DNA of 7,898 bases from a virus (lineage: Duplodnaviria; Heunggongvirae; Uroviricota; Caudoviricetes). Position numbers and translations under genes: made by a program. The DNA is taken from the IMG/VR virus record IMGVR_UViG_2734482004_000005; one strand, given 5' to 3'. The notes under the pieces were generated by a model. The model did not search any database. It was given only the letters and a program-made list of their open reading frames with translations, and was not told the DNA's origin. Of this stretch, positions 7,184 through 7,898 are shown in pieces. Position 1 is the first letter of the stretch; each line of letters opens with the position of its first letter.

Positions 7184-7456
7184 TCATCTCGCCGTCAGTT
7201 GTTTTGATTTCCGGTAGCCTGCCGCGTAAAGAGCTACGTTCGGAAGACAAGTTGAACCTTCATATTTTCTGGTCAACGTTGTCAGAGTTATCACTTCTGC
7301 TCTCATTGCTGGTTTGAGCTTGCATTGCAAGACCACTCGTGAAGGGGTTGGCCTGTGTAGCTTGTCGGAGCTGATCGCCTCCTGACTTTGCAGATTTGCG
7401 CGACGAGCTCTACGGCGAGAAGCTGCGGTGCCTTTAAATTCTGTTTTTCTGGACAT
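7184..7456 (-). CDS. N: N-like transcription antitermination protein (not lambda N), 90 aa from the internal Met
   Basis: Arginine-rich motif GTAASRRRARRANLQ near the N-terminus and C-terminal NVALYAAGYRKSKQLTAR resembling P22 gp24-type N proteins. SD GGGAGGAA 7 nt before the ATG at 7456. The ORF-track start at 7528 lies inside the leader hairpin and is unlikely. Confidence 0.7.
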   Translation of the reverse strand: MSRKTEFKGTAASRRRARRANLQSQEAISSDKLHRPTPSRVVLQCKLKPAMRAEVITLTTLTRKYEGSTCLPNVALYAAGYRKSKQLTAR

Positions 7457-7481
7457 GGATTCCTCCCGAATAAACTTTGGC

Positions 7482-7529
7482 GATGCAATCTCGAAGCTCC
7501 TCCTGAGACGGTTGCTTCGGCATTGCATC
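7482..7529 (-). promoter_or_regulatory. Long interrupted hairpin in the N leader, immediately upstream of the N SD (candidate RNase III / translational control element)
   Basis: GATGCAAT (7482-7489) pairs with ATTGCATC (7522-7529), and CGAAGC (7492-7497) with GCTTCG (7514-7519). Analogous in position to the lambda N-leader hairpin. Confidence 0.4.
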
Positions 7530-7554
7530 CCACAGCTTATGTGGTTGGGTGATC

Positions 7555-7599
7555 TGGCTTTTCAGCCACGTAGTCGAGAGTCGACGTTGTTTAAAGAGC
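7555..7599 (-). promoter_or_regulatory. Candidate nutL: boxA-like GGCTCTTTAA (7591-7599 on plus coordinates) and a downstream boxB-like hairpin UGGCU-GAAA-AGCCA (7555-7568)
   Basis: On the minus-strand transcript the boxA-like sequence is one mismatch from consensus CGCUCUUUA. The 5-bp stem/GAAA-loop hairpin lies 22 nt downstream. A second small hairpin GUCGA-CUC-UCGAC lies between them, so the boxB assignment is uncertain. Confidence 0.4.
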
Positions 7600-7645
7600 C
7601 TGCCAGTCTGTTCCATTTGGCTTCCAGCGTCCTGCTGACGGTTAA

Positions 7646-7674
7646 ATAGTACGATATGTACTTTACAAGATCAA
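7646..7674 (-). promoter_or_regulatory. Candidate pL-type promoter: -35 TTGATC (7669-7674), 17-nt spacer, -10 TACTAT (7646-7651), overlapped by a palindrome
   Basis: Hexamers each 4/6 to consensus at correct spacing, about 40 nt upstream of the boxA-like element. AGTACGATATGTACT (7648-7662) overlaps the -10 and spacer, as an operator would. Confidence 0.3.
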
Positions 7675-7871
7675 TACAATTTGTTGTAAGTTGGCGTGGT
7701 TTTTTATAACGCTTTGTATTTAATAGTGTTGTTTTTTAGCGTGGATGTATTGCCTCGGCGATGTAAGGAGAGATCAGAATTGCGTGGTTTAGTGGGTTGC
7801 ATCTATTTATTTTTCAATAAATATAATTGGTTATGTGTTTTTAGGTGGGCGAACGTGAGGCAAAGAAAACC

Positions 7872-7889
7872 CGGCGCTGAGGCCGGGTT
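7872..7889 (-). terminator. Candidate intrinsic terminator at the right edge (t_imm-like, ending a minus-strand transcript that enters from the immunity region)
   Basis: 6-bp stem CCCGGC/GCCGGG with a 6-nt loop; on the minus strand it is followed by UUUUCUUUG. Confidence 0.4.
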
Positions 7890-7898
7890 GTATTATGC

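Noticed and set aside
7184-7528. Long form of the N-like ORF starting at ATG 7528 (114 aa)
   Set aside because: That ATG lies within the leader hairpin and has no SD; the internal ATG at 7456 has a strong SD and puts the arginine-rich motif at the N-terminus as in known N proteins.
7303-7649. ORFs 7303..7533, 7428..7649 and 7434..7616 across the N start and leader
   Set aside because: Overlap the N-like gene and its structured leader, which is better explained as regulatory RNA (nut site and hairpin).
1-7898. CRISPR arrays, tRNA/rRNA genes, insertion sequences, toxin-antitoxin pairs
   Set aside because: No spacer-repeat periodicity, no tRNA-like cloverleaf candidates, no terminal inverted repeats flanking a transposase, and no short adjacent co-directional ORF pair beyond known lambda genes were seen.

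Overview
This window is the left (attL-proximal) arm of a lambdoid prophage inserted at the 3' end of icd, and I find no convincing evidence of a novel, undescribed system in it. The plus strand opens with the last ~109 codons of isocitrate dehydrogenase (icd) and its intrinsic terminator. Everything after that except sieB is on the minus strand, as a pL-type early-left operon read right to left: N-like antiterminator, convergent sieB (plus strand), orf28, ral, ea10, cIII, kil, gam, bet, exo, orf60a, orf63, orf61-like, a TraR/DksA-type zinc-finger ORF (orf73-like), an ea22-like gene split into two frames, xis and int. The Red/kil/cIII/ea10/ral/sieB block reads as lambda-type from protein sequences I recognise, whereas int/xis (icd-targeting, phage 21/e14-type) and the N-like gene are not lambda's, so the element is a mosaic. 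The anomalies worth a second look are a 1-nt frame offset at the 5' end of gam, the apparent frameshift in the ea22-like gene, three direct repeats next to the int stop codon, an N-leader/nut-like region, and two N-masked runs that interrupt bet and ral. All lambda comparisons and coordinates are from memory, not from a search.
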